Under the pieces are notes generated by a model. It saw only the letters and a list, made by a program, of their open reading frames with translations, did not search any database and had not been told where the DNA came from. Of a DNA stretch of 64,000 nucleotides, positions 11,776 through 24,229 are shown piece by piece. This DNA is from Octopus sinensis. Taxonomy: Eukaryota. A program made the position numbers and the translations under genes. The first letter of the stretch is position 1. Each line of letters opens with the position of its first letter. The stretch lies in contig NC_043023.1 of assembly GCF_006345805.1 (NCBI RefSeq), forward strand, positions 124,001-188,000, written 5' to 3'.

Positions 11776-12159
11776 CAAAATATTTTTAACTCTCTCATGG
11801 AATAAGCTAATATTCCATGAGATACACACACACACACATGTATATAAATATAATGTACATATATCACATGGTTTTAAATAAGGAATAAAATGTGGAAAAA
11901 TTACATAAAATTTTAGAAAGCCAAAATCAGTGAAACCAGATCCAGGTTAGTTAAATATAACTTTTTTTACCTATACTACAAAAAAAAAATCTTTTAGCCG
12001 CAAAACTCAAGTAGGTATATCCTAAAACATTTTCCTATACAAAACCTTATGAATATGTATACCTATATAATTTCTGTTGAACTATGATACAAAAACATAT
12101 ATTCTGTGAAAACATTGTTATATCTTTTCATATAAACAAAGTGAATAAACTTGTTTTCA

Positions 12160-13520
12160 TCATCATCATTATCATCATTTAACATCCAGGTTCCATGCCA
12201 GCATGGGTGGGATAGTACTACAAGAGCCAGTCAGGCTGAAGCCTGCATCGGACTTCTGTGACTGTTTTGGCAGGATTTTTACAGTTGGATACTCTTCTTA
12301 ACACTAACCACTCAGCAGAATTTTTTATGTGACACAAGCACAGGCGAGGTGAGTATGCTTTTTATGTGACACAAGCACAGGTGAGTATGCTTTTTATGTG
12401 ACACAAGCACAGGTGAGGTGAGTATGCTTTTTATGTGACACAAGCACAGGTGAGGTGAGTATGATTTTTATGTGACACAAGTACAGGCGAGGTGAGTATG
12501 CTTTTTATGTGACACAAGCACAGGTGAGGTGAGTATGCTTTTTATGTGACACAAGCACAGGTGAGGTGAGTATGCTTTTTATGTGACACAAGCACAGGCG
12601 AAGTGAGTATGCTTTTTACGTGACACAAGCACAGGTGAGGTGAGTAGTGCCTTTTATGTGACACAAGCACAGGTGAAGTGAGTATGCATTTTATGTGACA
12701 CAAGCACAGGCGAGGTGAGTAGTGCTTTTTATGTGACACAAGCACAGGTGAGGTAAGTATGCTTTTTATGTGAATCAAGCACAGGCGAGAAAAGTAGTGC
12801 TCTTTATGTGGCACAAGCAGAGGTGAGGTGAGTAGTGCTTTTTATGTGACACAAGCACAGGTGAGGTGAGTAGTGCCTTTTATGTGACACATGCACAGAT
12901 GAGGTGAGTATGCTTTTTACGTGACACAAGCACAGGTGAGGTGAGTAGTGCTTTTTAGGTGACACAAGCACAGGTGAGGTGAGTATGCATTTTATGTGAC
13001 ACAAGCACAGGTGAAGTGAGTATGCTTTTTATGTGACGTAAGCACACCTGAGGTGAGTAGTGCTTTTTATGTGACACAAGCACAGGTGAGGTGAGTATGC
13101 TTTTTATGTGAATCAAGCAGAGGCGAGAAAAGTAGTGCTTTTCATGTGGCACAAGCAGAGGTGAGGTAAGTAGTGCTTTTTATGTGACAAAAGCACAGGT
13201 GAGGAGAGTAGTGCTTTTTATGTGACACAAGCACAGGTGAGGTGAATATGCTTTTTATGTGACACAAGCACAGGTGAGGTGAGTAGTGCTTTTTATGTGA
13301 TACAAGCACACTTATGTGACACAGAAACATTCAGAGACCATGTCTCACTACCATGGAGTATAACCGTTCGTACACAAGCAACATATTGTCTACCTTTCAT
13401 TCTGAGAGAGGCCTTTTATTGCCAACAGAGGTAATAGCTCTCTGAACTTCCTCCACTCAATTCTTATTCTAGAAACAATACTTTCTGAGCATCCTTTACC
13501 TTGTTTTAATTGTACAATAT
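12160..13520 (-). mobile_element. RTE (BovB-like) LINE 3' fragment with its 3'UTR expanded into a minisatellite
   Basis: (CAT)n tail and tttaacatcc..ccatgccagcatggg at 12160-12210; RT fragment CSESIVSRIRIEWRKFRELLPLL at 13390-13520. Confidence 0.8.
12321..13325. repeat. Minisatellite, about 27 units of 37-38 bp (GTGAGGTGAGTA(G)TGCTTTTTATGTGACACAAGCACAG)
   Basis: Units counted by hand; contiguous, with no spacers. Confidence 0.97.
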
Positions 13521-13764
13521 ATATATCAAAAATAATCAAGGTGGCTTGATGCAATTCGAGACCAAAAAGGAAATAATTCACTGTCACTAAAATGTGATTA
13601 AGGGTGGTGGGAGCACTAGCCTTGCTAGAAATGAAAGTCAAAGGACTCTTTAACCACAGAAAGCACATTTTCTATTTACTGGCACATATTTATATATATA
13701 GAAAAAACTTTTGATGCATTTTCAATTTTTTCTCAATATTATTCCTGTATCTTTTATTTGATAT

Positions 13765-13975
13765 CTTTTACTTGTTTCAGTCATTAGACTGGAGCATTGC
13801 TTTGAATTCTTAGTCAAATGAATCAACCCCAGTACTTTTTTTTTATTTTTAAACCTGGTACTTATTCTAATGGTTTCTTTTGCTAAATCACTAAGTTACA
13901 GGGATGCAAACACACTACGCCCATTGTCAAGCAGTGATGGGCAGACAAACACAGACACAAAGACACACATACATA
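13765..13975 (-). mobile_element. SINE family A, 3' half, ending in the (TA)n tract that precedes the CR1 LINE
   Basis: tttacttgtttcagtcattagactggagc tail plus body. Confidence 0.8.
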
Positions 13976-13985
13976 GATATATATA

Positions 13986-14021
<36 letters not shown>

Positions 14022-14024
14022 TAT

Positions 14025-16961
14025 GTGCTTCTGCTGAATGTCAGAGGTCTGGTGAAACCCACTAATATGGGTAAAATTCCTTACCTTCGGGACTTGAGCA
14101 CAAGCAACCATGCAATATGCATAGCGCTGACTGAAACGCACCTGTCAAGCAGTATAGCAGATGCAGAAATACACATACCGAAGTATACTGTTTTTCGGTC
14201 GGACAGGAAGGAAAGAACTCATGGTGGGGTTGCCCTGTACGTCCGTGAAGATGTCACACCCATAGTACTATTGACACACTCAAACTCAGTCTGTGACACA
14301 CTGATAGTACACATGAAACAACCGAAAATAGTAATATGTGTCACATATCGGCCACCAGACACCCCTAGTCATGAAGGAGTGTTTGAAGATAGCCTCAGAA
14401 GAATAGAAGAAGTCCTGGACAAACTGGACCAGGGTAACACCATTCTACTGCTGGGAGATTTTAACCTTCCGAAAGTCAAATGGCCAGATGGCCATCTCCT
14501 CCCTGGAATGACATCACTTGAACAGAGACAGACAGAGTCCTTGTTGGCTCTCACACGCAAGTTTTTCATGGAGCAAGCAGTGCTTTGGCCAACAAGAGGT
14601 GAGAATGTCTTGGACCTCTGTTTCACAAGCAACCCGATGCTCATCCACAACAATTCTCTCAGATCACAACTTAGTAGAGGTAATGATATATGGTATGAGA
14701 GAGTTAGTTGAGATGCAGCCATTAGAAAATACCACAGGCCTATCCAGTCTAAACTTCCATAAGGCAAACTGGAAGAAGATCAATGAAGAGATCCGAAAAC
14801 ATGACTGGAGTGACTTCATCACCACACAAGACACCAACACACATTTCCAACATTTCATGACAACAATACAGAACATATGCCATAAGTTTGTCCCGGAGAA
14901 AAAAGCCAGCGGGCATAGGAACGTTATTCCCAGAGACAGGAAAATACTTATGAGGCGAAGAGCTAAGCTCTCGAAGCAACTGAATGCACGGCAGAGAAAC
15001 AATGAGGGACTCCACCTGAAACTTTTTGAAACGGAAACTGCACTCAAACTTTCCTATGAGAAGGAGAGGGCAGAGAGAGAAGCCAGGGCCATAGAGAATA
15101 TTAAAACAAACCCTAAAGCCTTCTTTAAATTTGCGAAAGAAACCACCTCGGTACACTGCAAGATTGGCCCACTCTTTGATAAAAAGGGCTCTCTAACTGA
15201 GGACCCCCAAGGGATAAGTGAAATACTAAAGGAACAGTATAAAAGTGTGTTCACATCCCCTCTGGGGCACATGCAAATCACAAACCCAGAAGTTTTCTTT
15301 GATGCCACAACACTCCAAAACCAAACAACAACCATCGACCACATAGACATAACAGAGAGGGATGTAATATCTGCCATAGAAGAAATGAGAATAAACTCAG
15401 CTGCTGGACCAGATGGATTCCCAGCAGTCCTCCTAAAAGCATGCAGGCATGCCCTAGCGGGACCACTGAAGAAGCTCTTCAGTGGTTCCTTGGCTAACGG
15501 TAAACTGCCCAGGGCGCTAAAAGAAGGCACCATATGCCCTATCCACAAAGGAGGGAGTAGAGCAGAGGCCAAAAACTACAGGCCAGTCTCCCTGACATCA
15601 CACATAAGTAAGGTCATGGAACGAATCATCAGAAAAAAACTGATCACGTTCCTCGAAGAAACTAACCGTCTCACTGACACACAGCATGGCTTTCGCCCAG
15701 GAAGAAGCTGCCTTACGCAGCTGTTACAACACTACGACTGGGTACTGAAACAACTACTGGATCGCTCACAGGTGGATGTGGTATATCTCGACTTTGCGAA
15801 GGCCTTTGACAAAGTCGACCACGGAGTGATATGTCACAAATTACTCAGACTCGGCATAACAGGAAAAGTAGGTGAGTGGATACATGACTTCCTGAAGGAC
15901 AGAAGCCAGATGGTTGCAGCCAATGGAGCCCTCTCGGGAAAGACACCAATAGCAAGCGGGGTGCCACAGGGCACAGTCTTGGGACCCTTGCTGTTTTTGG
16001 TGGCGCTCTCTGACATGCCCTTGGTAGCACAAACAACATCCCTCACTAGCTATGCTGATGACACAAAGGTAGCACAGGCAATCAAAAACCCAGCTGATGC
16101 TGACCTTTTACAACAAGATCTGGATGCCATATACAAATGGGCTGAAGACAACAACATGCAATTTAATGCTGGTAAATTTCAAGCCTTACAATATCAAGCT
16201 GTAAACACATATACATTACAACACAACTATACTGGTCCAGGAGGGATCGAAATCCCAGTATCGAAATCAATACGGGACCTGGGGATAGACATGAGTGACG
16301 ATGCATCTTTTTCTTCACACATCGCGAAGGTGGCGACAATGTGCAGACGACTCACTGGCTGGATCCTGAGGACATTCCGGACAAGAGACTGCGAGACCAT
16401 GTTGACACTATGGAGGACATTTGTCCTAAGCCGCCTGGACTACTGCTCCCAACTGTGGTCACCGCATAGTGTCAAACTAACCACAGAACTTGAGACAATC
16501 CAAAGACATTTCACCAAGAGGATTTCCACCATGAAAGAAAAGAACTATTGGGAGAGGCTTAGGGAACTCAATTTGTACTCCTTGGAACGAAGACGAGAGA
16601 GATATGCAGTGATATAATATGGAAAATCCTGGAGGGACTAGCACCAAATTTTGGAATTGAGAGCTGTTCCAATCCCCGTACAGGACGTCACTGTGTGGTG
16701 CCAAAGGTCCCGTCTTCCACATCCAGAGTAAGGAGCAGATACTGTAATAGCCTGGGGTTCAGGGGCCCTCAGCTTTTCAACAAACTGCCAAGAAAACTAA
16801 GAGATCTGCATGATGCGGATGTGGACATTTTCAAAAAACATCTAGACAAGCTGCTTTCCGGGATCCCAGATGAACCCACTGCAAGGTACGAGGGTAACCT
16901 GAGGGCAGCAGCTACAAACTCTCTCTTAGATCAGTGGCCAGCCACGGCAAACTGGACTTAG
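14025..16961 (+). pseudogene. LINE ORF2 (endonuclease plus reverse transcriptase) broken by two frameshifts
   Basis: ORFs 14025..14711, 14518..16617 and 16695..16961 join through a shift near 14650 (LIHN / TILSDHNL) and a 1-nt deletion near 16615 (YAVI / IWKILEG). Confidence 0.9.
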
Positions 16962-17045
16962 AGAGGGTAGCAACAAGGGCGGTGCCCCAGCATGGCCTCA
17001 GCCGGATGGCTGAAACAAGTAAAAGAGTAAAAGAGTAAAAGAGTA
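14025..17045 (+). mobile_element. CR1-clade LINE, ORF2 region plus 3'UTR and (GTAAAAGA)n tail; no ORF1
   Basis: APE endonuclease (LLLNVRGL, LTETHL, GGVALY, LGDFN, SDH), RT (YRPVSLTS, QHGFR, DFAKAFD, GVPQG, YADD), CR1-type C-terminus (RDLG, SRLDYCS, LERRR, AAATNSLLDQ). Confidence 0.95.
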
Positions 17046-17078
17046 TACATTCACATATACATATTAATGTATATATAC

Positions 17079-18490
17079 AGTAGCAGCCATAATACAAGGG
17101 TCAGTAAGAACAAGTGTATTGAAATATTTATTATAGAAGATTAACAAAATGTTGAGATTAGATATTTTACATATATTTAGATATATTTTATATCTATCTT
17201 TTGTGAAAATTTCAAGGGAAATTTCACAAGTTGTAAAGAAATATACAAATATCTTCCAAACTGCAATGGCCAAAAGGTAAGGGTTACTTAGTAAAATAAT
17301 GAAAAAGGAAACAAGAACAAAAAAGAAACCCTTACTATTAATATTTTGTGAACATCCCTTTACTATAAATGACCTCTTGACATCTGTTACCACAAGACTG
17401 AATTGATTTCTTGCAAAATGATAGAGTAATACTGTTCCATTCGTTTTTCAATAATCCCCAGAGTTCATCTTAGTTCTTTGGATTTCTCCTTTCTGCCCCA
17501 TCTTCCAAACATTTTCTATAGGGTTGAGATCAGGACCTTGAGGTGGCCACTCCACAAGATCAACCCCTTCATCACTCAAAATATCTTTGATTCTCTTCGC
17601 AGTGTGACAAGGAACGTTGTCCTGCACAAAGATAGGAGGTTGAACTGACGAGGATCGGAGACGTGGAAGGGCATTCTGTTGAAGAATCTGCTTGAAAATT
17701 TCAGCATTGACAGTCCCTTGTAGGCAAATAAGTGGACCAGGACCAGCAGCAGAGATCGCTCCCTATACCATTACACTGCCTCCTCCATATTTCACTGTCT
17801 TCTTCACACATGCATGAGATAACCATTGACCACTTCTTCATTGGACACACATCCTGCCATCAGAGCCAATCACATTAAACTTTGATTCAATGCTAAAATG
17901 AACCTGCAACCACTGTTCCTCTGTCCAAATTACATGTTCCTGAGCAAAATGAAGATGGGCTCTTTGATTCTTCTTGAACATCAGAGGTTTCTTTGCTGGT
18001 GCCCAAGCAAGCAACTCAGAACCTCATAACCTTTGAGAAACTGTTTTGTGCAATACAATGACATTGGAAGTGGAGCTAAACTCGCAGGATATCTCAATAA
18101 CACTCTTAAACCTAGCCTTCAGTGACATTCTAACCATAATACAATCCTGTCTTGGTGAAGTTTTAGGAGGTCTACTGGTTTGGGGTTTAGCATCTGTTGA
18201 TCCTGATGACTTAATAATAAACTACAATTCATTGCAAACACTTCTAGACCTTCCTACAGTAGTTGCTATCACAGAATTTGACTTCCCATCTTGGTGAAAG
18301 CACACAATCCTTTCTTTTTCATCACATGACATTGGTCGTTTCTCACAAGCTACCATGTTGATACTTGAATGTTCCAATAATGTAAGATCATAAGAAGTAA
18401 CTGTTAGCCCATTAACAATCTTCTAAACAACAACTACCTTGATTAGTAGTTCATTTTTTCTAAGTGACCCTTAACTTTTGGCTGCTGCAA
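17079..18490 (-). mobile_element. Tc1-family transposon remnant
   Basis: Minus translation 17400-17960 contains VKYGGGSVMV, QDNVPCH and EWPPQGPDLNPIENVW; degenerate inverted ends CAGTAGCAGCCATAATACAAGGGTC (17079) versus GACCCTTAACTTTTGGCTGC (about 18466-18485). Confidence 0.75.
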
Positions 18491-18695
18491 TTTGGAAGAT
18501 TATTTGTTTATTTCCTCATAACTTACGAAATATATATTCCATTCCCTTGAAATTTTTACGAAAGACAGATATTATATATATCTAAATACTTGTAAAATAT
18601 CTAGCCTCAACATTTTGTTAATCTTCTATAATAACTATTTCAATACACTTGTTCTTTCTGACCCTTATATTATAGTTGTTACTATATATATATAT

Positions 18696-18728
<33 letters not shown>

Positions 18729-18839
18729 ATATAATATAATATAATATGATATAAATAATATATAAATATATGCATATATGCATACATATATGTACATACC
18801 TACATATATATGTATATATACATACATATATAGGTATTG

Positions 18840-18980
18840 AAGGGTGGCGAGCTGGCAGAAACGTTAGCACGCCGGGCAAAATGCGCAGCCGTATTTCGTC
18901 TGTCGTTACGTTCCGAGTTCAAATTCCACCGAGGTTGACTTTGCCTTTCATCCTTTCGGGGTCGATAAATAAAGTACCAA
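18840..18980 (+). mobile_element. SINE family B, young-looking (CpG-rich) copy, 3'-truncated
   Basis: ggtggcgagctggcagaaacgttagcacgccgggcaaaatgcgcagccg...ccgagttcaaattcc. Confidence 0.9.
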
Positions 18981-19041
18981 TTATAATAATAAGGGTTTTT
19001 TGCAAAAAACCCTTATTATTATAATTATATATATAATATAT

Positions 19042-19069
<28 letters not shown>

Positions 19070-19072
<3 letters not shown>

Positions 19073-19472
19073 GTACAGGAGGTTTCTTTCAGTTTCTGTC
19101 AACCAAATCCACTTACAAAGTTTTGGTTGGCCTGGGGCTAAAGTAGGAATCACTTGCCCAAGGTGCCATGCACTCAGACTGAACCCAGAACCATGTGGTT
19201 GAGAAGCAAGTTCCTTACCACACAGCCAGACCCATGCCTATATATATTCTTTTATTCTTCTTGTTTGTTTCAGTCATTTGACTGCGACCATGCTGGAGCA
19301 CCACCTTGAAGTGTTTTAGTTGAACAAATCAACCCTGGGACTTATTTCTTAAACTTGGTACTTATTCTAGCAGTCTCTTTTTGATGAACTACTAATTTGC
19401 AGTGGCATAAACACACCAGCACCAGTGGTCAAGTGGTGATGGGGCAACAGACACAGACACACAAACACACAT

Positions 19473-19522
<50 letters not shown>

Positions 19523-19670
19523 CAGGCTTCTTTCAGTTTCCATCTATGAAATTCACTCACAAGCTTTGGTCAGCCCAAAGCTATAGTAGAAAAGATATCA
19601 TACAGTGGAACTGAACCTGGAACCATGTGGTTGGGAAGCAAGCTTCTTACCACACAGTCACACCTGCACC
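19070..19670 (-). mobile_element. SINE family A: a 5' half (19070-19235) plus a full copy (19250-19670) in tandem
   Basis: Two reversed tRNA-like heads, one tail and an internal (TA)n tract. Confidence 0.85.
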
Positions 19671-19904
19671 AATCTGTATGTCAGTATATATATAATAAGG
19701 TCCTGGATGGGTAGAAAGAAACGGAATATTTCCAATGCAGCAGTCAACCCAAGCTTGAAATGTAGTCATAAGTAATATCAAAATCCTTCAGGTTCAGAGA
19801 ATCTACTTGTTACTTTGCTAAAACCAATGAGAAGGTTTAGCAAAGAGTAAGACATAATCCAAATAAGAAGACAAAAACTTTTTGTCTCCTTATTTGAATT
19901 ACGT

Positions 19905-19950
<46 letters not shown>

Positions 19951-20601
19951 ATGTATGTAAGGAGTGTTTTGAGAAAGATTTGAGAGAGATTTGATTGCTA
20001 CTTCTACTGGGTCTAGCTATGATATAGTGTTTTCCTATATTGGCACATCTCTCTCACACATACAGACACACTTTTATATACGCATATACCTCAGCACACA
20101 CACCAGTACACACAACCAAACAACTCACACACACATTAACACATACGTGCACATATATAGACATACACACACAGAGGCCCACAAAAACACATACACATGT
20201 GCACATATACCTACCCATGCATACAAACATCCACTAGATCACACAAGCACACACACACATCTACATATACACACACAAGGACACGCACATATACACACAT
20301 ACACTTGATCACACACAACCACATACACATATACATGCACAGAGTAAATATATATATATAGCATCAGTGAGAGACATCCAACAAATGTACCATTAGTCTC
20401 TCCTGACAGACAGACTGATAAATAGATCTAATGAAGGGATAATAAATAACACTTTAAATCAAGGGTAGACTACCCCATCCATCTATGTATACACCCTCTT
20501 CTACACTCCTTGGAATATATACATATATACATGTATATATGCACATACACATATTCCAACAAATATAGCTATATATGTATGTGTTTGTGTGCATGCGTGT
20601 A

Positions 20602-20648
<47 letters not shown>

Positions 20649-20809
20649 CTGCTACTATCTGGCATATACAGGTGCTTACACTTATCAAGTATTCACTCTA
20701 AATTTACAGTACCTACTTGATATATATATATAGAGAGAGAGAGAGATAAAACTTACTTGGAAGTGGATGCATGGCGTTCGATCATATAATAACAAATTAA
20801 TAAATAAAA

Positions 20810-21414
20810 CATATGCATACATACATACATATATGTACATACCTACATCTGTATGTATATATACATGCATATATGGGTACAGGACACCAAAAAAATATAG
20901 AACACGAGAAACGAAAACATAAAAACAAAAACATGGAAACAGACTTTTCCAAACAACAAAAAAACAGAGTACAAGACATACATCACAAGGAACATTCCCC
21001 TTCTTCAGCTGCCCCTGCTTCGGCTACTCCGTGTTTTGAAGGTAAGGGCAAGACATGACTTCTGTCCTCGTAAGCCGTTTTCTCCATGCGTTCAAATTAA
21101 TTTTTCCATTGTTTAGGCTTAAAAGCCCTTATCGTTTGTTCTTACTGTGTTATTCTCCTTGTCCTGTCTTTTGCTGTTTTTATTTGTATTGCTTTTACTG
21201 TCCTGTTCTTGTCACCATTTTTATCCCTCCACAAAAAATCTCAAATTTTATTTAATTTGCTTTGGAAGGATTGTTTCAACGAAGTCATGTCTTGCCCTTA
21301 CCTTCAAAACACGGTGTAGTCGAAGTGGGGCCAGCTGAAGAAGGGGAATGTTCCTTGTGTTGTATGCCTTGTACTCTGTTTTTTCATTGTTTGGAAAAGT
21401 CCGTTTCCATGTTT
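20810..21414. repeat. Inverted-repeat element (134-bp arms, 218-bp spacer), possibly a Penelope-like inverted pseudo-LTR
   Basis: 20929-21062 is the reverse complement of 21281-21414 with about 10 mismatches. The family assignment is inference. Confidence 0.7.
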
Positions 21415-22036
21415 AAGAGTACCTATATATGTAACCATAGGCCTCGTCAGAGATTATAAAGAACTTTAAAAATATTAATACATGAAACAGGATACATGTA
21501 CAATTTAATATATATAAAAATACGAACAAATATCCATATACACTTATGCATATACATGTATACATACATAAGCAGAGTATATATACTTTTACATGTGTAT
21601 AAATACATAAATAAACACAATTAAACAATAGGTCAAAGTAATTAGACCATTCGTCATATACATATATATACATATATACTGGAACATATACATACGTCTA
21701 TTCTTAAATGCCTACAACCTCAATATAATTGACAACTATAGGCACTAAAAAAACTACTTTTATCCATAGGCTGAAACAGCTGTAAGGAGTGATTTTAATG
21801 ATTTCAACAATTTATATCATGATTTTTATAATTGTATTCTTATCTTATATGTATTGAATTATAATATATATATGTATGCTAATAAGGTTCTCATTTTTGT
21901 TAAATGAATAAATTAGTCAACATTCTAATATCCGAAAGCTGATAAACCACCTAAATTATTTCTCCATTTTCTTATTTGCATTATATATATGTATATATAT
22001 ATATATATATTATATATATATATATATAATATATAT

Positions 22037-22086
<50 letters not shown>

Positions 22087-22104
22087 TATAATACATATAT
22101 ATAT

Positions 22105-22138
<34 letters not shown>

Positions 22139-22149
22139 CATACATATGT

Positions 22150-24005
22150 ATCATCATCATCATCATCATCATCATCGTTTAGCATCCGCTTTCCATGCTA
22201 GCATGGGTTGGACGGTTCAACTGGGGTCTGGGAAGCCAGAAGGCTGCACCAGGCCCAGTCTGATCTGGCAATGTTTCTACGGCTGGATGCCCTTCCTAAC
22301 GCCAACCACTCCGTGAGTGTAGCAGGTGCTTTTTACGTGCCAGACGAGTCTGGCAAATGGCCACGAATGGATGGTGCTTTTCACGTGCCACCGGCACGAG
22401 GCCAGTCGGATCGGCGCTGGCAACGGCCACGTTCGGATGGTTCTCTTACGTGCCACCGGCACTGGTATCACAGCTGCAATTTCTATTGATGTTGATCGAT
22501 TTCGATTCTCACTTGCCTCAACAGGTCTTCACAAGTAGAGTTTTGTGTCCCAAGAAGGAAAGGTATGCATTAGTGGACTGGCTATATCCCGTGTAGAGGC
22601 TACGGGTTATGGTCTCACTTGTCCTGCCGGGTCTTCTCACGCACAGCATACTTCCAAAGGTCTCGGTCTCTAGTCATTTCCTCAGTGAGACCTAAAGTTC
22701 GAAGGTCGTGCTTCACCACCTCGTCCCAGATTTTCCTGGGTCTGCCTCTTCCACAGGTTCCCTCAACCGCTAGGGTGTGGCACTTTTTCACACAACTATC
22801 TTCATCCATTCTCGCCACATGACCATACCAGTGCAAACGTCTCTCTTGCACACCACAACTGATGCTTCTTAGGTCCAGCTTTTCTCTCAAGGTACTTACA
22901 CTCTGTCGAGTATGAACACTGACATTACACATCCAACAGAGCATACTGGCTTCATTTCTTGTGAGCTTACGCATATCCTCAGCAGTCACGGCCCATGTTT
23001 CACTGCCATGTAGCATGGCTGTTCGTACACGCGCGTCATACAGTCTGCCTTTTACTCTGAGCGAGAGGCCTTTTGTCACCAGCAGAGGTAAGAGCTCTCT
23101 GAACTTTGCCCAAGCTATTCTTACTCTAGCAGTTACACTTTCAGCACACCCGCCCCCGCTACTGACTTGGTTACCTAGGTAATGGAAGCTATCAACTACT
23201 TCTGGTTTTTCTCCCTGGAATGTGGCAGAAGTTGGTCTCAGAGCATTTTCAGTGTTTATTGCTCCTGAGCATCTGCCACATACAAAAACTATCTTCCTAG
23301 TTAGCCTTCCTTTGACATTGCTGCACCTCTTATCCATAGCTTACACTTGGTGCATCTTATAGAGTTTCTACCTACACCTTTTCTACAGATCGAGCAAGGC
23401 CATCTACCTGAAGGCGTTAGTGATTTGTCTACCTTCCTACTTATTAGGACTTTGGTTTTAGCTAGATTGACTCTTCTGAGCGAGAGGCCCTTCGATTCTA
23501 ATCCTTGCTTCCACACCTGAAACTTCTCCTCCAGTTCTGATAGTGACTCAGAAATTAGAGCAAGGTCATCAGCATAGAGGAGCTCTCAGGGGCATCCTGT
23601 CTTAAATTCCTCCGTTATTGCCTGGAGGACTATGATAAATAGGAGGGGGCTGAGGACTGAACCTTGGTGGACTCCTACCTCTACCCGGAATTCTTCACTG
23701 TACTCATTGCCAACCCTCACCTTACTAGCAGCATCCCTGTACATAGCTCGCACAGATCTCACTAACCATTCATCTATCCCTAGTTTCCTCATTGACCACC
23801 AGATAAGGGATCGGGGGACCCTGTCGAAGGCTTTCTCCATGTCAACAAAAGCCAGGTACAGGGACTTATCTTTGGCTAGGTATTTCTCCTGCAGCTGCCT
23901 TACCAGGAATATAGCATCAGTGGTACTTTTCCCTGGCACGAACCCAAACTGCATCTCATCTAAACTAACTCTCTCTCTAATTAGTTGGGCTATGACCCTC
24001 TCCGT
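22150..24005 (-). mobile_element. RTE (BovB-like) LINE, 5'-truncated RT plus 3'UTR and (GAT)n tail
   Basis: QFGFVPGKSTTDAIF, FVDMEKAFDRVPR, GVHQGSVLSPLLF, GCP*ELLYADD, WYGHV, GRGRPRK; one nonsense and one frameshift; ends cgctaaacgatgatgatg. Confidence 0.95.
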
Positions 24006-24006
24006 A

Positions 24007-24086
<80 letters not shown>

Positions 24087-24229
24087 GCAGGCAGACTGAT
24101 AATAGATTAATGGATAGATATACATATATGTATATCTAATATCATATTGAAGTAGTATCTTTACTCACCTTGTTTTGAACCAATCCATCCACATGTACAC
24201 ATGTGTATATATATGTGTGTGTGTATTCT

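Noticed and set aside
12321-13325. CRISPR array
   Set aside because: Units are contiguous with no unique spacers, there are no cas genes, the context is eukaryotic, and the unit derives from the RTE UTR.
21000-21012. CUGAAGA hammerhead core in the inverted-repeat arms
   Set aside because: The following stem is not closed by GAAA, so the fold cannot be completed.
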